A stretch of DNA of 63,979 nucleotides, counting the filler, from Reclinomonas americana ATCC 50394 (lineage: Eukaryota): NCBI GenBank assembly GCA_048213135.1. It is 5 parts of 4 records of this genome, joined end to end, with 100 filler letters (N's around TTAATTAATTAA, not from the genome) between each part and the next. Parts side by side here need not be neighbours in the genome. Positions count along the whole stretch, not along the records: positions 19,157 to 44,179 come from PS015308.1; 4 more parts are not named here. One strand, written 5' to 3'. Position 1 is the stretch's first letter, and each line of letters begins with the position of its first letter. Under the pieces are notes generated by a model. The model made no database searches, had not been told where the DNA came from, and was given only the letters and a program-made list of their open reading frames with translations. The translations under genes were made by a program, and so were the position numbers. Below, piece after piece: positions 25,161-37,743 of this stretch.

Positions 25161-27869
25161 ATGCTCTCTAGTGGCAGCCGCCACGGTGGCGGCGGCGGTG
25201 GAGGACTCAGCGGCAGCGGAAAGATGCCTCTATTCACGCCATCCAACGGTTCTCATGCCCACCACCACAGAGGACCGGGCCACGCCACCAACACCACCAC
25301 CACCACAACCACCACCACGACCACAACACCAGCAGCACCACGGCCCAAAGGCACAACATCATCCTCTTCCTCCTCCTCCTCCTCATCGTCGTCGTCAGCT
25401 GTGTCATTCACAATCACTCATGCCATCACGGCGTGGACAGCGCGCGCCCACTGCAACGATGCCTCGCGCACTCCTGTCTTTGTCACACACTGTGTGTGTC
25501 CACCGCGACCACCAGCGGCAGCGTCGCCCTCGCGACGGCACCGCATTCCTGCTCCGCCACCAGTCGCCAGCAGCAGCAGCAGCAGCGCGTTGAGCCCTGC
25601 GGCTCGCGCCGAGGCCCTGGTGTTTTGCCACACGAGGCGACTGATCTTTGCACATGATGTGGCACTGGAAAGGTGCGTGCGTGAAGCTCGTGTGCGATGA
25701 TCCTGCTGATGTGGCTGGCTGATCATGATAAATATTGCGCAGGCAACCCGACGAATCATGCACCGTCACCGTGGTGGAGCTGACACGGTCCACCGACCTG
25801 CGTGATTTGCTGGTGCAGTTCCGCGCGCGAATGCCCGGTGGTTTACCGTCCGAGCTGGCGTTTTCCACGTTGCAGGCGTCTCTGGCGGCGTTGCATGCAC
25901 TGCATTCGCTGGGTGAATCGTACTGTGCCGGTGGTCCGCGGTCGGTGCTGACGCCACGCTGTGTGGTGCTCTCGGATCAGGCAGGTATGCCGCAGCCGCG
26001 TGTGTTATTGCGGCCGTTCTGGCTGCAGGAGAGCACGCTGCCGGCCTCGTATACGCACGTGCCGGAGGAGGAGATTGATGACTCGTTTGTGGCCCCGGAG
26101 CTCGACCGTGGCCCGCTGTGTGACACGCAGGCGGCCGACATGTTTTCCTTTGGCTGCTTGGTGATGACGGTGCTGCGTGGTGCGGAGTGGTGGCGGGTGC
26201 AGCACGAAGCGCTGCAGTCGGGCACGGCGTCCTCGCCCGTCGATCTGATACCTGGCTTGTCGTCGATGGCATGCAGAACTCTGCGCGCCCTGTTGAGCTC
26301 CGACGCCAGCCGGAGACCACGAAGCACCGATCTCATGTACTCGTCGCCACTGTTTTCCTCCCTGGTGAGTTTGCATCGTCCTCGCATGTGTGCTTATCTG
26401 TGTTGCTGAAAACATTGTTCACAGGAGGAGTTCGAGGCGCACTTTATCGGGCCCGAGAGTGTCGACAGTGACCGCGCTCCGTCATTGGATCCGCTGTTGA
26501 GCACTACAGAGGCGATTCTCGGTGAGCCGCCAACGCTGTTCGACCAGGCGACGAGGGAGGAGGAGGACGATGACGAACGAGTGGCAGACCGGCAGGCGAG
26601 TGTGGACGACGACGAAGACGATGGCTACGGTGGCGACGACGATGACTTGCTGCGCGAGTCGCTCCGACTGGCCGAGTTCCTCGCCGATCCGGCACACTCA
26701 CCATCCCGACTCCGTGGATCGCCATCACTAGCGAAGCGCACGACACCATTGCCTCCACCGCCGCCGCCACCACCTCCACCACCACCACTGGTGTCGAACG
26801 ATGTGGCGAGCGAGTCGAGCAGTATGAGCCACAGTTCAACTGCTAGCGAGCATCCGTCGCTGCTCGAAGACGGCAACGCAGTGCTTGTGTGCATCGATGA
26901 GTTTCGTGAGCTTCATCTCTTGCCCGCTGGATGCCTTCGATTTTCCCTCACCCCGTCACGTGGCATGTAGTGTGGTGTTGGAGAATGGCCGTGAGGGTCC
27001 TTGCGACCTGCTGGTGGACGTACGCTGGGGCCACGTGCGAGCCACACATCGAGTGCCGACGCGGTTTCGCCACGTGGATTCGGGGAGCCGCAAGCAGCGT
27101 TCGTTGTTGAGTACGTGGCCTCCGCTGTCACTCTCCACTCGCTTCGCCGGCAGCTCGCAGTCGCTGCTGCAGTTGTGCGCCACGAAACCCCTGTACATTT
27201 CCATTACCCTGTTGGACGCAACCACGACAGCGACGATCAACCACGATGACATACCTCTCGGCACCGCCCACATTCGCCTGTCGGCGCTCACGGCAGACCG
27301 GCCTGAGACAGTGACTGACACCACTGATCTTGTGTACATGGGCGATGTTCCCGGTGAGTGTGTGACGGAGAGGAGAGAGTTTGTCACGAGCGAGTGTGTT
27401 GACTGACAATATATCACTGCACAGGAACCATTCTCACCAGCGTGCACTTGCTGCGACCGCTGACTGCCTCTCGCGATCGTGTGGCGTCCTCGCCAGCAAC
27501 ACCACTATTAATGTCGGAGACGACTCCAGCAGTGGGATCACCACCACCGACCGACAGCAAGTCGGGCAGCCCGATGGATCCACAGACGCAAGAGCTGCTG
27601 TCGGCCAGTCGATCGCGTCTGAACGCCATCTTTGGATCACTCGACGACCTGCTGGGTCGGTTGCGCGGCGACAGTGAGACGGGTGAGGAGGGCAGAGTGG
27701 GCTCGCCGAAATCGCCGCCAGTGACGCGCGGTGTGGACACCAGTGAGCAGCTGGCCGCACGGAGACCGCCTCCGTCTCCCCGACTGGAGGATCTGGCGAT
27801 CGTGGACGCTGATGCCGAGGATGAGGCAGAGCCCAGATGGTCAGCGTCTGCGCATGTTGATGGTGTTGG

Positions 27870-27908
<39 letters not shown>

Positions 27909-28908
27909 AGGGGATCGATCACGGCTATGGAGGTCACAGCCGTCTCCGTTGTTCTTTGCCGACGCTCCCACCTCATTATCGGTCTGCGTTTGAGTGATTG
28001 TGTATTCATTGTGGTGTCTGGCGCTGATGATAATGTTGTTGCTGCGCCACCAGTCGTCGTTGCACGCACCGCGTGATCCGCACTCAGCAGCCCGGGAACG
28101 AGAACGCCACTTGCTCCGGCAGTGGCATCTCGCCGAGCAGCAACAGCAACAGCATGAACACATGCTGTATGACTTGTCCGACGCCGCGCCCTCTGAGGCA
28201 TTCCGTGCGCGCCTGGAGCACGACGTGGCATCACCACAGCTCCGCCGCTACGAAACCACCGAGCGACGACCCGGTCATCGCCGAGACTCGTACGCACGTG
28301 ACCTGTCGGATGACGCAGACCGGAGAACCGACAGTGACGACATTTATGCGGCCAGCGAGAAACTCGAGGCGCTCTTGCTGCATCATCGCTACAGCCGAGG
28401 TAGGTGGTTGTGCGGTGTCGCAGCGCGCGGCAATCTCTGTTGATTCAACGTTCTCTTTGTTGTTTTTTTGCCAGCCGCCAGCGACGATCCAGTATCGACG
28501 CTGCTTCCTGCCCTCAGTCCACATCACGACAGCTCCCTCTCCTCTTCATCTCCCTCGTCATCGTCCTCCCCTGCATCATCGTCTCCCGCACCACCACTGG
28601 CATTGACAATGTCCAGTCGCATGTCGCTGTCGCCGGCCGAGTTGGTGGCCAGAACGCAGCGGCACGGCGGCGAAGCGTGGAGCTCTTCGCTGCAGCACAG
28701 TTTCGCACGCAACAGTGCCGGAACACTGAGTTCGTCGCGTGTACAACCACCTCTGTCGTCGCTGTCGACACCGGCACTTCGTCGGCAGCAGTCGCCGCCC
28801 GCAACTTCTGTTGTTCATCATGCGCTGCCGGAGCGTGGTCGCTGGTCCGCTCACAGCAGGTATGCGTCTTCTGCACTGCGAATAGTGGCGAGAAGACACC
28901 CCTACTAA
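25161..28908 (+). CDS. Large multi-exon protein with a degenerate (pseudo)kinase domain, a possible C2-like domain and low-complexity regions
   Basis: LQASLAALHALHSLG, FVAPELDRG, ADMFSFGCLV and LLSSDASRRP, with no HRD or DFG. DDIPLGTAHIRLSAL is C2-like. Boundaries are approximate. Confidence 0.55.
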
Positions 28909-29065
28909 GAAAACATACTTGCTCCGCAGTGCCAGAGGCGACGCCGAGTCCGTTTCTTCGCGAACCGCAAGACAGCGCGCGTGGCAGAGATGAAAAAAAA
29001 AGAACACGAACGAGTGAAAAAAAAAAACAAACAATACCGCAGACGCGCATTATATTACGAGTGGA

Positions 29066-30253
29066 TTACACGACTCCCAGGGAGCGCGCACCGGCCCCGT
29101 TGGGCAGGTACTTGCTTCCGGAGTCCAGCAGAGTGCGCACGTCGTCACCGAGCACAATCTCCTGCTTGGTGGCATAACTGCGTGCGCGTGCCTCCAGCTG
29201 CGCCTTCAGTGGCTGCGCATTGTCGCCGCGCAAGTCGGCATACAGATAGTTGACCGTGTAGCCCAGCGAGCGTTTCATGCCCTCGTACGACGTGTCGCCG
29301 TCGGGATTGACACGCGCAAACATCGCTCCGTTGCCCAAGTGGAAGTTCGCCACCGGGTTCACAGCCCGACCGCGGTCGTCGCGGAGTCGGCCAACATACC
29401 AGGCGCACCACGCGTTGAGTTGCTCCCGCACGGTCTCCATCTCCATGAAGCGCACGCCGCCCCTCATATTCTTCCACTCCACCGCCAGTCGACGCAAACG
29501 CAGCGGAACCATGTTGGATTCGCCGAGCCACTCGCGGAATCCCGGCACAGGCGACAGCGTGGAGAAGACGCGCACCTGCGAGGTACTCGGCTCCGACAGG
29601 ATCGCCGACAGCGCACCGTGAATGAGCATGGGCCCGACATTGAGACCGGCCAGCGCAGGATCGGTGACCACCGCATACATCATGCCGTGCGTCAGTGGCT
29701 CCTTGTTGCCTGCCACAGCAGCTGCTGCAGCGACGTCATGGTGCGACAGCAGAGCGCGCACGCTCGGCGCCAGCGACGGGGTGAAAGCGACGCAGAGGAC
29801 GCCGAGTGGCGTCTCCGGCCCGACCAAGTCGTGCGTCAGCACAAACACTCGTCGATGCTCACTGGGCTCCATGCGCCACCGCGCCTGCTCCCGTGTGTAC
29901 ACCGGGTACAGCGTGTCGAGGTCGCCCACCGCACGCTGTGCCAGTGCGGTCATGGCGGGTGACGATGACGATGAGACCTTCCACGCGGGTGTGGAGGGCG
30001 CGAGATGCACACGCAGTGCGGTGAGAATCGCGCCCGAAGTCGCTGCATCGCAGCCACTGGGATTCCGTCGCATGGCCAGCACCGTGCGCAGCGACTGCAT
30101 GAGCGCGTGTGTGTGTGTGTGAGAGAGAGAGAGAGGCAGAGTATTGGAACGCATGCGCACCTCGCCTCCAGCAGCCACCTGCTGTGCTATTGTGCTGGAC
30201 GAGGAGAGCGCCGACCACCATGCGCGGGTGGAGCGCACTACTCGCACCACCAT
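29066..30253 (-). CDS. MLYCD: Malonyl-CoA decarboxylase, probable mitochondrial presequence; one intron (~30095-30160)
   Basis: HRRVFVLTH..PETPL, LAGLNVGPMLI, FSTLSPVPGFREWL, NPVANFHLGNGA and RVNPDGDTSYEGMKRSLGYTVNYLY. Confidence 0.85.
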   Translation of the reverse strand: MVVRVVRSTRAWWSALSSSSTIAQQVAAGGEVRMRSNTLPLSLSHTHTHALMQSLRTVLAMRRNPSGCDAATSGAILTALRVHLAPSTPAWKVSSSSSPAMTALAQRAVGDLDTLYPVYTREQARWRMEPSEHRRVFVLTHDLVGPETPLGVLCVAFTPSLAPSVRALLSHHDVAAAAAVAGNKEPLTHGMMYAVVTDPALAGLNVGPMLIHGALSAILSEPSTSQVRVFSTLSPVPGFREWLGESNMVPLRLRRLAVEWKNMRGGVRFMEMETVREQLNAWCAWYVGRLRDDRGRAVNPVANFHLGNGAMFARVNPDGDTSYEGMKRSLGYTVNYLYADLRGDNAQPLKAQLEARARSYATKQEIVLGDDVRTLLDSGSKYLPNGAGARSLGVV

Positions 30254-30330
30254 CCGTCTATAGATCTGAATCGCCGGGACGACGGAGGACACTGCGTGCA
30301 CACAACTCGCAACATGATTCATTGCCAGTT

Positions 30331-30925
30331 CTATCTCGATGGAGGTCTCAGTGGGGACGCGGAGCTCCGGGCGGCAGTCGCCACTGGCGTGGGTATCGAT
30401 GGTGAGCCGGCGCCGTTCGACAACGGAGACGGGGCCGAAGAGTACTCCGCAGTCGGTGGCGACACCGACTGGGTGATTAGGGATGCGGCAGTGGTTGCCG
30501 AGCAACTAGTGCGATGAAATGAACTGCTGGTGGATCTGGCCATCGAAGCCGCCGACGCCGACGCCGCTCCTGCTGCTGCTGGGTGCCTCTCTGGGCTCCA
30601 GTCATCGGCAACGAGGTCGTCGTCTCCGCCGACAAGATCGTCGTCNNNNNNNNNNNNNNNNNNNNAATGACGCCGGCGACGCAGACATCGTCGTTCTACC
30701 ACCTGCGGATGACGCTGCTCCAGCGGCGGCTACTGCTGCTGCTGCTGCCGCTGCTGCCGCCGATGGGGACGATGACGACGATGACGACGAGGATGAAGAA
30801 GAAGAGGATGAAGACACTGGAGATGCGTGACGCGACGACGACGATGGCGACTGGGAGGAGCCAGGCGAGGTAGGCTGAGGCGGCATCAACGCCGTCGACG
30901 CTGACGCGGCACTCAGACCGCGCGT
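30331..30925 (-). CDS. 3' part of a Ser/Ala-rich protein of unknown function
   Basis: Acceptor TTGCAG near 30926, then open low-complexity frames across a 20-N gap to a TAG at 30331. Confidence 0.4.
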
Positions 30926-32085
30926 CTGCAACAACGAAACACAACAAGAGACAAGAAGATTAGACTGTGAATGTGAGCTACGCGGTCACGCAGATTCTCT
31001 CTCATGTGCACAGAGACACCCACACCCACACACACACACACACCCACACAGGGAGGGGGGGGAGGAGAGGCCGCCACCAATGAAACACCATTGGAGTCAC
31101 AAAATAAGCAAGAATGCAATCACCGCAGCGCGACGGCGGCGATACCACACACGCAATTGCGCAATTTACACACGCAGAGACGGTGGAAGATGAGAGTGAG
31201 GGAGAAAGAGTGAGAGAGAGAGAAGAAAGAGTGTCGCGATGTGTGAGAACGACGCAAACAGTCAAAGAAAGTAAAACCGCGTCAACCCACTCTCCCTCAT
31301 ACACGCACACACGCACACGTGCAGATAACTCCGTTCTGCAGTGTGCGGCTGCACAACACACACGCAAGAAGGGGAGACCAGGAAAGCGTGACGCAACGAC
31401 ATCCGCCATACGGTACGCCGCACACGCAGAGAGATGCGATCACACACGCTCTCTGAGTGTGTGTGTGGAGTCCACACCGCACACGCGCTCGCACTCGGCC
31501 CGTGGACACACACGCACTTTTGCCTGGGGTGCGTGCCTCTCTCTTTGCGCGCGAGCGGCAAACGCAGATCCTGTGATGATGCGCGGCGAATCCTCCTAAA
31601 ATGGGATACCGGCAGAAAGAATCTCTGCAGCAGCGGCCCCCAGGTCGCCCTGGTGCAGGCGTGGAGGGTGGTAGGTGAGCCGGAGAGGTCCGCTGCAAGG
31701 GGTTGTGTGGTCAGCGGAAGGCTGTGGCCAGCAACTGCGAGGAATATTCCTATCCTGAAAAGCGAAAAGCCATATATTGCGACGTACCCTTTCCGCTCGT
31801 ACTCCAACAAAGTTGCTGCGAGGAAGGGGGGGAGTGCGGAGGTAAAACCAGCGACAAAGGTGGCGGCGTCCGATTAGAGAGATACAGCGACGCTAATCAT
31901 TAATTGGTGTTTGTACGACGTCGACGTCTCACTTGCAGTTGCAACTGAATTCGAAATGGGCCTCGGTGAACGGCACTGCCGCCGCCGCTGTACGTGTCGC
32001 GTTTTGCTTCAAGCTCGGATGCAGCGCGCTCGAATTCTTGACCCGCGCGCGACGTCGACGTTCATGCAATTAATTGGCCAGGCGG

Positions 32086-32311
32086 TTGGATATAGCTGAT
32101 CTGCGCCTTGTCCTACAAAGGGTAAAGGGTCAAGGGTCAAGGGTCGAGGAACAGCGATTCCACGCACGCGGATGACGGGTCTGGGGTAGAAAAAGACGCT
32201 GATCACACTCACGCATCGGTTCAAGGGTAAAGGGTAGAGGAAGACACTGATTTCACATGATTTCAAGGAAAATGGACAAATTTGGTCAAGGCGCAGATCA
32301 GCTTTATCCAA
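32086..32311. mobile_element. MITE-like element with 28-bp inverted repeats and internal (T[C/A]AAGGG)-type repeats
   Basis: TTGGATATAGCTGATCTGCGCCTTGTCC (32086-32113) matches the reverse complement of GGTCAAGGCGCAGATCAGCTTTATCCAA (32284-32311) at 26/28. No ORF and no clear TSD. Confidence 0.6.
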
Positions 32312-33265
32312 TGACCNNNNNNNNNNNNNNNNNNNNNNNNNNNNNNNNNNNNNNNNNNNNNNNNNNNNNNNNNNNNNNNNNNNNNNNNNNNNNNNNNNNN
32401 NNNNNNNNNNNNNNNNNNNNNNNNNNNNNNNNNNNNNNNNNNNNNNNNNNNNNNNNNNNNNNNNNNNNNNNNNNNNNNNNNNNNNNNNNNNNNNNNNNNN
32501 NNNNNNNNNNNNNNNNNNNNNNNNNNNNNNNNNNNNNNNNNNNNNNNNNNNNNNNNNNNNNNNNNNNNNNNNNNNNNNNNNNNNNNNNNNNNNNNNNNNN
32601 NNNNNNNNNNNNNNNNNNNNNNNNNNNNNNNNNNNNNNNNNNNNNNNNNNNNNNNNNNNNNNNNNNNNNNNNNNNNNNNNNNNNNNNNNNNNNNNNNNNN
32701 NNNNNNNNNNNNNNNNNNNNNNNNNNNNNNNNNNNNNNNNNNNNNNNNNNNNNNNNNNNNNNNNNNNNNNNNNNNNNNNNNNNNNNNNNNNNNNNNNNNN
32801 NNNNNNNNNNNNNNNNNNNNNNNNNNNNNNNNNNNNNNNNNNNNNNNNNNNNNNNNNNNNNNNNNNNNNNNNNNNNNNNNNNNNNNNNNNNNNNNNNNNN
32901 NNNNNNNNNNNNNNNNNNNNNNNNNNNNNNNNNNNNNNNNNNNNNNNNNNNNNNNNNNNNNNNNNNNNNNNNNNNNNNNNNNNNNNNNNNNNNNNNNNNN
33001 NNNNNNNNNNNNNNNNNNNNNNNNNNNNNNNNNNNNNNNNNNNNNNNNNNNNNNNNNNNNNNNNNNNNNNNNNNNNNNNNNNNNNNNNNNNNNNNNNNNN
33101 NNNNNNNNNNNNNNNNNNNNNNNNNNNNNNNNNATTGGCCACCCTTTTCCCACACACTGTCTCTTGTCAAGGTGAATGAGGAGAAGAAGAAGGAGGAAGG
33201 CCATACATAAAATCATTGCACTCCTTGTTTCCATTTCCACCGGCAAAAAAAAAACAAAAAGAGGA

Positions 33266-33338
33266 TGCCTCCATTGAGATTTGAACTCAAGACCTCAACA
33301 TTACTAGTGTTGCGCTCTACCAACTGAGCTATAGAGGC
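33266..33338 (-). tRNA. tRNA-Thr(AGT)
   Basis: GCCTCTATAGCTCAGTTGGTAGAGCG-CAACA-CT AGT AA-TGTTG-AGGTC-TTGAGTTCAAATCTCAA-TGGAGGC-A. Cloverleaf followed by an oligo-T Pol III terminator. Confidence 0.96.
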
Positions 33339-33511
33339 GTTCACATTTGTAAGCTGCAACCGACATTCGCAGCCTCTGCTCTCCCGTGAGGGAACTCCAG
33401 CGACGGGCGCAGTAGCCACAGGAGCAGAGAGGCTCTTTGGCATGCCATGCACAATCTTCCTTGTGTTTACTCCTCAGGAAAGAAATTTCTTAAAAAACAT
33501 TCGACGGTCGA

Positions 33512-36500
33512 CTAACTATGAACCACGGCAGTCGCCGGTTCGTCGCCGAGACACACTGGGCACACGCTGTTGGCGAGACACCGCCGGTGCATGAGACTGC
33601 CACAGCGGCAGGTGGTGACCTCGCGCACTTGGAAGGAGAACAGACGGTCGTTGACGTCGCGGCAAATGCGACACACCTGACCCCTGCTTCCGCAATACTG
33701 CGCTCCGCAACACAGTGAGTGCACGCGATACAGTAGCACCGACAGCAACAACAACAACACACCCGACAGTTCTTCAGCACGTGCTTTGTCATGCGCGAGT
33801 GCAGGTCTTCCAACTGCGGCAGCAACGTCCCCGAGCTGCGACGACGGCAGGAACTGCTTGAGTACCTTTTTTTCTCGTTATTCATCCCTTCGCTCTCCCA
33901 CACGCAACTGGAGATCCTGCAGATCCTGCAACGAGAAAATCTCCGTGCCAGAGATGAGGTGTGGACGGCTCGAGATGTGGGAGAAGAAGCTGCAATGATC
34001 CGCGCCAGTCAGTTCCATCGGAAACACATAACCTCAAGCGATCGTGTCTCGTCACCTCTCCGCATGAGAGCATCCCTGAATGGTCTCGGCAAGCGGACTG
34101 ATTTCCGCACGCAGCATCTGCTCAGCCATCCACCGTCAGGCATACACACGAGCGAGGAAAGCAGCAGAAAGAGCATGTCAACGCACTCTGCAGCGTTGCA
34201 GCTCTGGCACCGTGTCAAAGAGTTCTGGGTTGACGGCGGACAAACACAGCACCGGATCGGAGAACATGGAGCTCAGGAACTCGTACGCCATGTCGCACAC
34301 GCATCCACTGCACCGCGGAATGCACAGTGATGAGAAAGAGAGAAATTCTCTTATCTCTCTCTCTCTTTCCAGAAACACAAAATCTTAAATCCCACGCATC
34401 TGCAGGCCTCTTTCCATCCTCTCCCTTCCCCTCCCTCCCTCCCTCCCGCATCGTGACTCACGGTCGGAAATCCCACTTCATCACCACGCGTCCCGGAATA
34501 ATGTGCCTCTTGTCCGTGTGGCACGACCGACAGCACAACCGTGCCGTGTACTCGCACAGCCGAGGTTTGCCAAACATGGCGTTGGCTGCAGCACCACACG
34601 CGTGTCAAACTCACCTCTCCACGCACACACAAGGGATCAGCGACACAGACTCACGCTTCTTGATGTGCTTGCCACACACAGCGCACATGTGGCGCTGCGC
34701 TTGGTACACGAACCGGCGGTCGACCACCGTCTTTGACGGATCCAGGTAGTGGATACGCAACTGCAGCGTCGATTAGTACGCAATGACAGAAAAAATAGTG
34801 GAGACTCGCTGCGCGCACGCAACTCTCTTGGACTCCGGTGTTCGCGGGTCCCAGTCCACATCCGAACCGAGGGCCTCCCACACGTCGGCTGGGGGGAGCA
34901 ACAAGCAAGAATCAATACATACATGGGCGCCGTCGCGCACGCGTGCGTACCACACTCACTCACCAACAATGCCAGCTCGTTCGAACCCGCCGTCAAACTG
35001 GCTAGCAGCGTCGTACTGACTCTCTGCATCCAACGCCGCTCCCCAGTCGCCCGACGCGTTGTGTGACGACAGTGCATCATCCCCAGCATCAGCCTCGTCG
35101 CCCTCGTTCCAGCCGCTAAACGGATCCACCTCGGCCGCCTCATCCTCTGCCACCAGCCAGTCAGCGAAATCCACTCTTGACACGCCAGTACATCTCTCTG
35201 TTCACAAACCGAGCATGTCCCACGAAGAACTGAGGCCAACTGCGGACGCCGCAGCGGCCGCTCCCGCTGTCTGCGCCACGCCTCGTTGGCCGCCACTGCG
35301 GTGAGCGGCACCCGCGACTCGCCCACTAAAGTCGTCGTAGTCTTCCGCGTCATCCACAGTCTCCGCTCCTTCTGCCTCGTCATACCCCGCATCGTCGTCA
35401 CCTTCGTCGTCGCCCTCCTCTCCAGTTGCACGGCGCAGCTGAGCATGTACGCAGTTGAAAAGTCAGTACCGCAGGCCGCGGAGATTATGAGTGTGCATTG
35501 TCGCGCACCGTGGAGTCGGGAACGGTAACCTGGCTCTGACCAGCAGGGTACCAGTCGGAGAACGGAGAAATGTACACAGGAGCCACCGAGTCTTCCGGCT
35601 CCCGCAGCAACAGCTCCTTCAGTGCGTCGGGATGCTTGAATCCGGTAATGTGAAGCGCCGAGTACGCCCCCGCCTGTGCCGGTAGGTACACACAGGTCAC
35701 GATGTGCATCCAAACACAAATGGCAGCACGGCAACAAACCTCTGAGCTCTCCGCCGCAGTGTCTTCACTGCCGACACTGTCCGACTCAGTGATAGACGGA
35801 GGAGCGGCTGTTGACATTACCGAGTCGGTCGGCATTTCTGCGTGATGCTCGATCTTCTTTTCGGGTCGAGCGGCTGCAGCGGCGGCGGCCAGCGCCATCG
35901 GCGATCGATAATCCACTGACGATGCTACTGCGCCTGACGAGTGGAAGCAGATGAGTGACGTGAGCACACGCACACACACACACGCCCACACCCAGTACAC
36001 AAGCAGACAAACCAGCAGATCTCTCTGTCGTCGGCAGCAAAGGTGGCTCACTGTAGGCGGTGCCCAGATCGCTGTCGTCCTCAAACATGGCGTCATGCAC
36101 CTCTTCGACCTCTTCCACCTCCTCCTCACCCTCCTCCGCGTCACCACTCTCGGTGGCACTTGCGGTAGCGTGGTGATCCACACCATTTGCGGCAGCGTGC
36201 TGTACAGGTTTGCTACCGACCAGATCGAAGCTGGTCTTGAGGGAAGAGGACAGGCGGGCTGGTGGCTCCTCAGTCGGAACCAACACCGATGTGTGCACTC
36301 GCATGCTTTGCGCTGTTCACATGTGTGTGCATGTCAGGATCATGCGGGTCTGAAAGGGATGATCTCAGCACGCAATGTGCGCAACGTCGCTGCGAATCAC
36401 TTGCGGGGGGTAGGCGGAAGCTCTGTCCGGCCTTCCATGACGAGCGTGTCTGCATACCGCGACGTGTCAGTCACAGGCACCTTCTGCCAAGTAGTGCAGC

Positions 36501-37642
36501 AAATGTACGCACCGATTCCAACTCCTGTCGCTCCTGCTGCAACGCATACCGCATCTGCACCAGCTCTCGTTCTTCCACGTGTAGTTTCTGTTGCAGAGCC
36601 TCTAGTCTCTGCAGCGTCCCCCCCCACCCACACACACTCATGGTTGTCAGAGTGGAGATGGCATGAGCGATGCACGCAGACAGACACAAACACACACCGC
36701 CCGCTCCATGGATGAATGTCTCTCGAATTCCTGCTTCTCTCGGGCAAGAGCACGACTCACTGTCGTCACGCGAGTGCTGCAGTAGATCGTGAGCCAGCAC
36801 AGCTCACTGGTGGCAACGCGACAATGCACAAACGCAACTGCGACAGTATTTCGTCGAATTCGGGACAGTACTTTGCCAGGGCGGTGGGCGGCACTGACCG
36901 CCTCAGTGAAGCGCACCGCTGACGGTAGTTGTCGAGACGTGCACTTAGCGTCTGCGTGTTCACAGCCATTGAGCAAGCTGGGAGATCAACATAATCAGAG
37001 TGCCAAAGCACCGACCTCAATTGCCGCCAACCCAAAATGGTCCGCCAGCGCAGCCGCCGACTCGAGGTGCATAGAGTCGGCGCTGATTGCATGGTCGAGA
37101 GACGCAGCAAGCTGTGCATGCACGAAACGATCGACAACAAGGCGAAGCGCTGACGCAGCCTCCTACGCGACGAGAGTGGAAGAGTTGAGTGAAATGAGCA
37201 AAGATCAGAATCGACTGCAACCAAACGCACCAACACAACCGCCGTCGGCACGGCAGGCGCAACGACGACAGGTGGTGATGGTGGTGCTGCTGATGATGAT
37301 GATGAAAAAGATACTGATGATACCACTGATGCTGGTGCTGCTGGCGCTGGTGCTGCTGCTGCTACTGTCGTAGGAGGGGGTGCGTGCACTTCGACCTGTG
37401 CGACAGGTGTCGGCACCGGCGTCGGTCGAGTCTCCTCGTGCGGCACGTGAGGTGCGGGCTCGTGCACAGTAGCCTTCACAGACACTGGTGCTGGTGTTGA
37501 AGACGGAGCGCTGTCCTTCACTGGCAGTGATGGTGGCGGTGCCGACGGCTGCACCGTCGTGGTCATGCTGGCCGAAGGCAGCTCAGCTTTCCGAGAGGAC
37601 GACTTGTGTGGTGGTGATCCTGCACTGGACTCTGCGGCACCT
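33512..37642 (-). CDS. RUN plus Rubicon-homology (DEF8/PLEKHM1/Rubicon-like) protein, main body
   Basis: C-terminal QRHMCAVCGK..FGKPRLCEYTARLCCRSCHTDKRHIIPGRVVMKWDF..VCDMAYEFL..FSLQDL..HVLKNCRYCGSRGQVCRIC..CRCGSLMHRRC..CPVC. Confidence 0.8.
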
Positions 37643-37681
37643 GTATCTTGACGAGTGAACACAAGAGTGCTTTCGCATGCG

Positions 37682-37683
<2 letters not shown>

Positions 37684-37740
<57 letters not shown>
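37684..37740. repeat. (GT)n microsatellite; an (AG)n tract lies at 38265-38306 across the gap
   Basis: Directly visible. Confidence 0.95.

Positions 37741-37743
<3 letters not shown>

Noticed and set aside
31600..31830. HDV-like ribozyme, RNase P/MRP, SRP or telomerase RNA
   Set aside because: The helix spacing does not fit the HDV fold, and I found no diagnostic motifs or template. Kept only as an unassigned structure.
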